A stretch of 63,947 bases of DNA, filler included, from Octopus bimaculoides (taxonomy: Eukaryota): assembly GCF_001194135.2 (NCBI RefSeq). It is 7 parts of 6 records of this genome, joined end to end, with 100 filler letters (N's around TTAATTAATTAA, not from the genome) between each part and the next. Parts side by side here need not be neighbours in the genome. Positions count along the whole stretch, not along the records: positions 57,478 to 63,947 come from NC_068985.1; 6 more parts are not named here. One strand, 5' to 3'. The notes under the pieces are model-generated. The model worked only from the letters and a program-made list of their open reading frames with translations, was not told the DNA's origin and did not search any database. The translations under genes and the position numbers were made by a program. This document shows, piece by piece, positions 63,914-63,947 of this stretch; positions within the stretch are counted from its first letter, which is position 1, and the number at the start of each line of letters is the position of its first letter.

Positions 63914-63947
<34 letters not shown>

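Overview
AT-rich, repeat-dense eukaryotic genomic DNA from a gapped draft assembly. The SINE families and microsatellite load point to a coleoid cephalopod, most likely Octopus (inference, not a database match). There are no prokaryotic features such as CRISPR arrays, operons or rRNA. Six artificial 100-bp spacers (44 N + TTAATTAATTAA + 44 N) join contigs, so adjacency across them is not guaranteed. The only well-supported protein-coding gene is an uninterrupted minus-strand ORF of about 4.2 kb (ATG at 30217, running into a spacer at 26024). It encodes an unrecognised Ser/Arg-rich protein built from nested in-frame repeats, with a palindromic CRE and an AP-1 site just upstream. The rest is mostly three tRNA-derived SINE families, LINE relics (Tx1/L1, R4/Dong, RTE), Penelope-like GIY-YIG relics, mariner fragments, hAT and Merlin-like MITEs, minisatellites and microsatellites. 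Best leads: (1) a canonical-core type I hammerhead ribozyme inside a 551-bp tandem repeat (53641-54323); (2) a family of minimal hammerhead-like motifs with a shared non-canonical core; (3) the orphan repeat protein and its promoter; (4) a MITE with a perfect 8-bp TSD carrying telomere-like repeats, enclosed by an inverted duplication; (5) a 14-bp minisatellite with a 140-bp higher-order period and an inverted partner. All alignments and folds were done by eye; boundaries of degenerate repeats are approximate.
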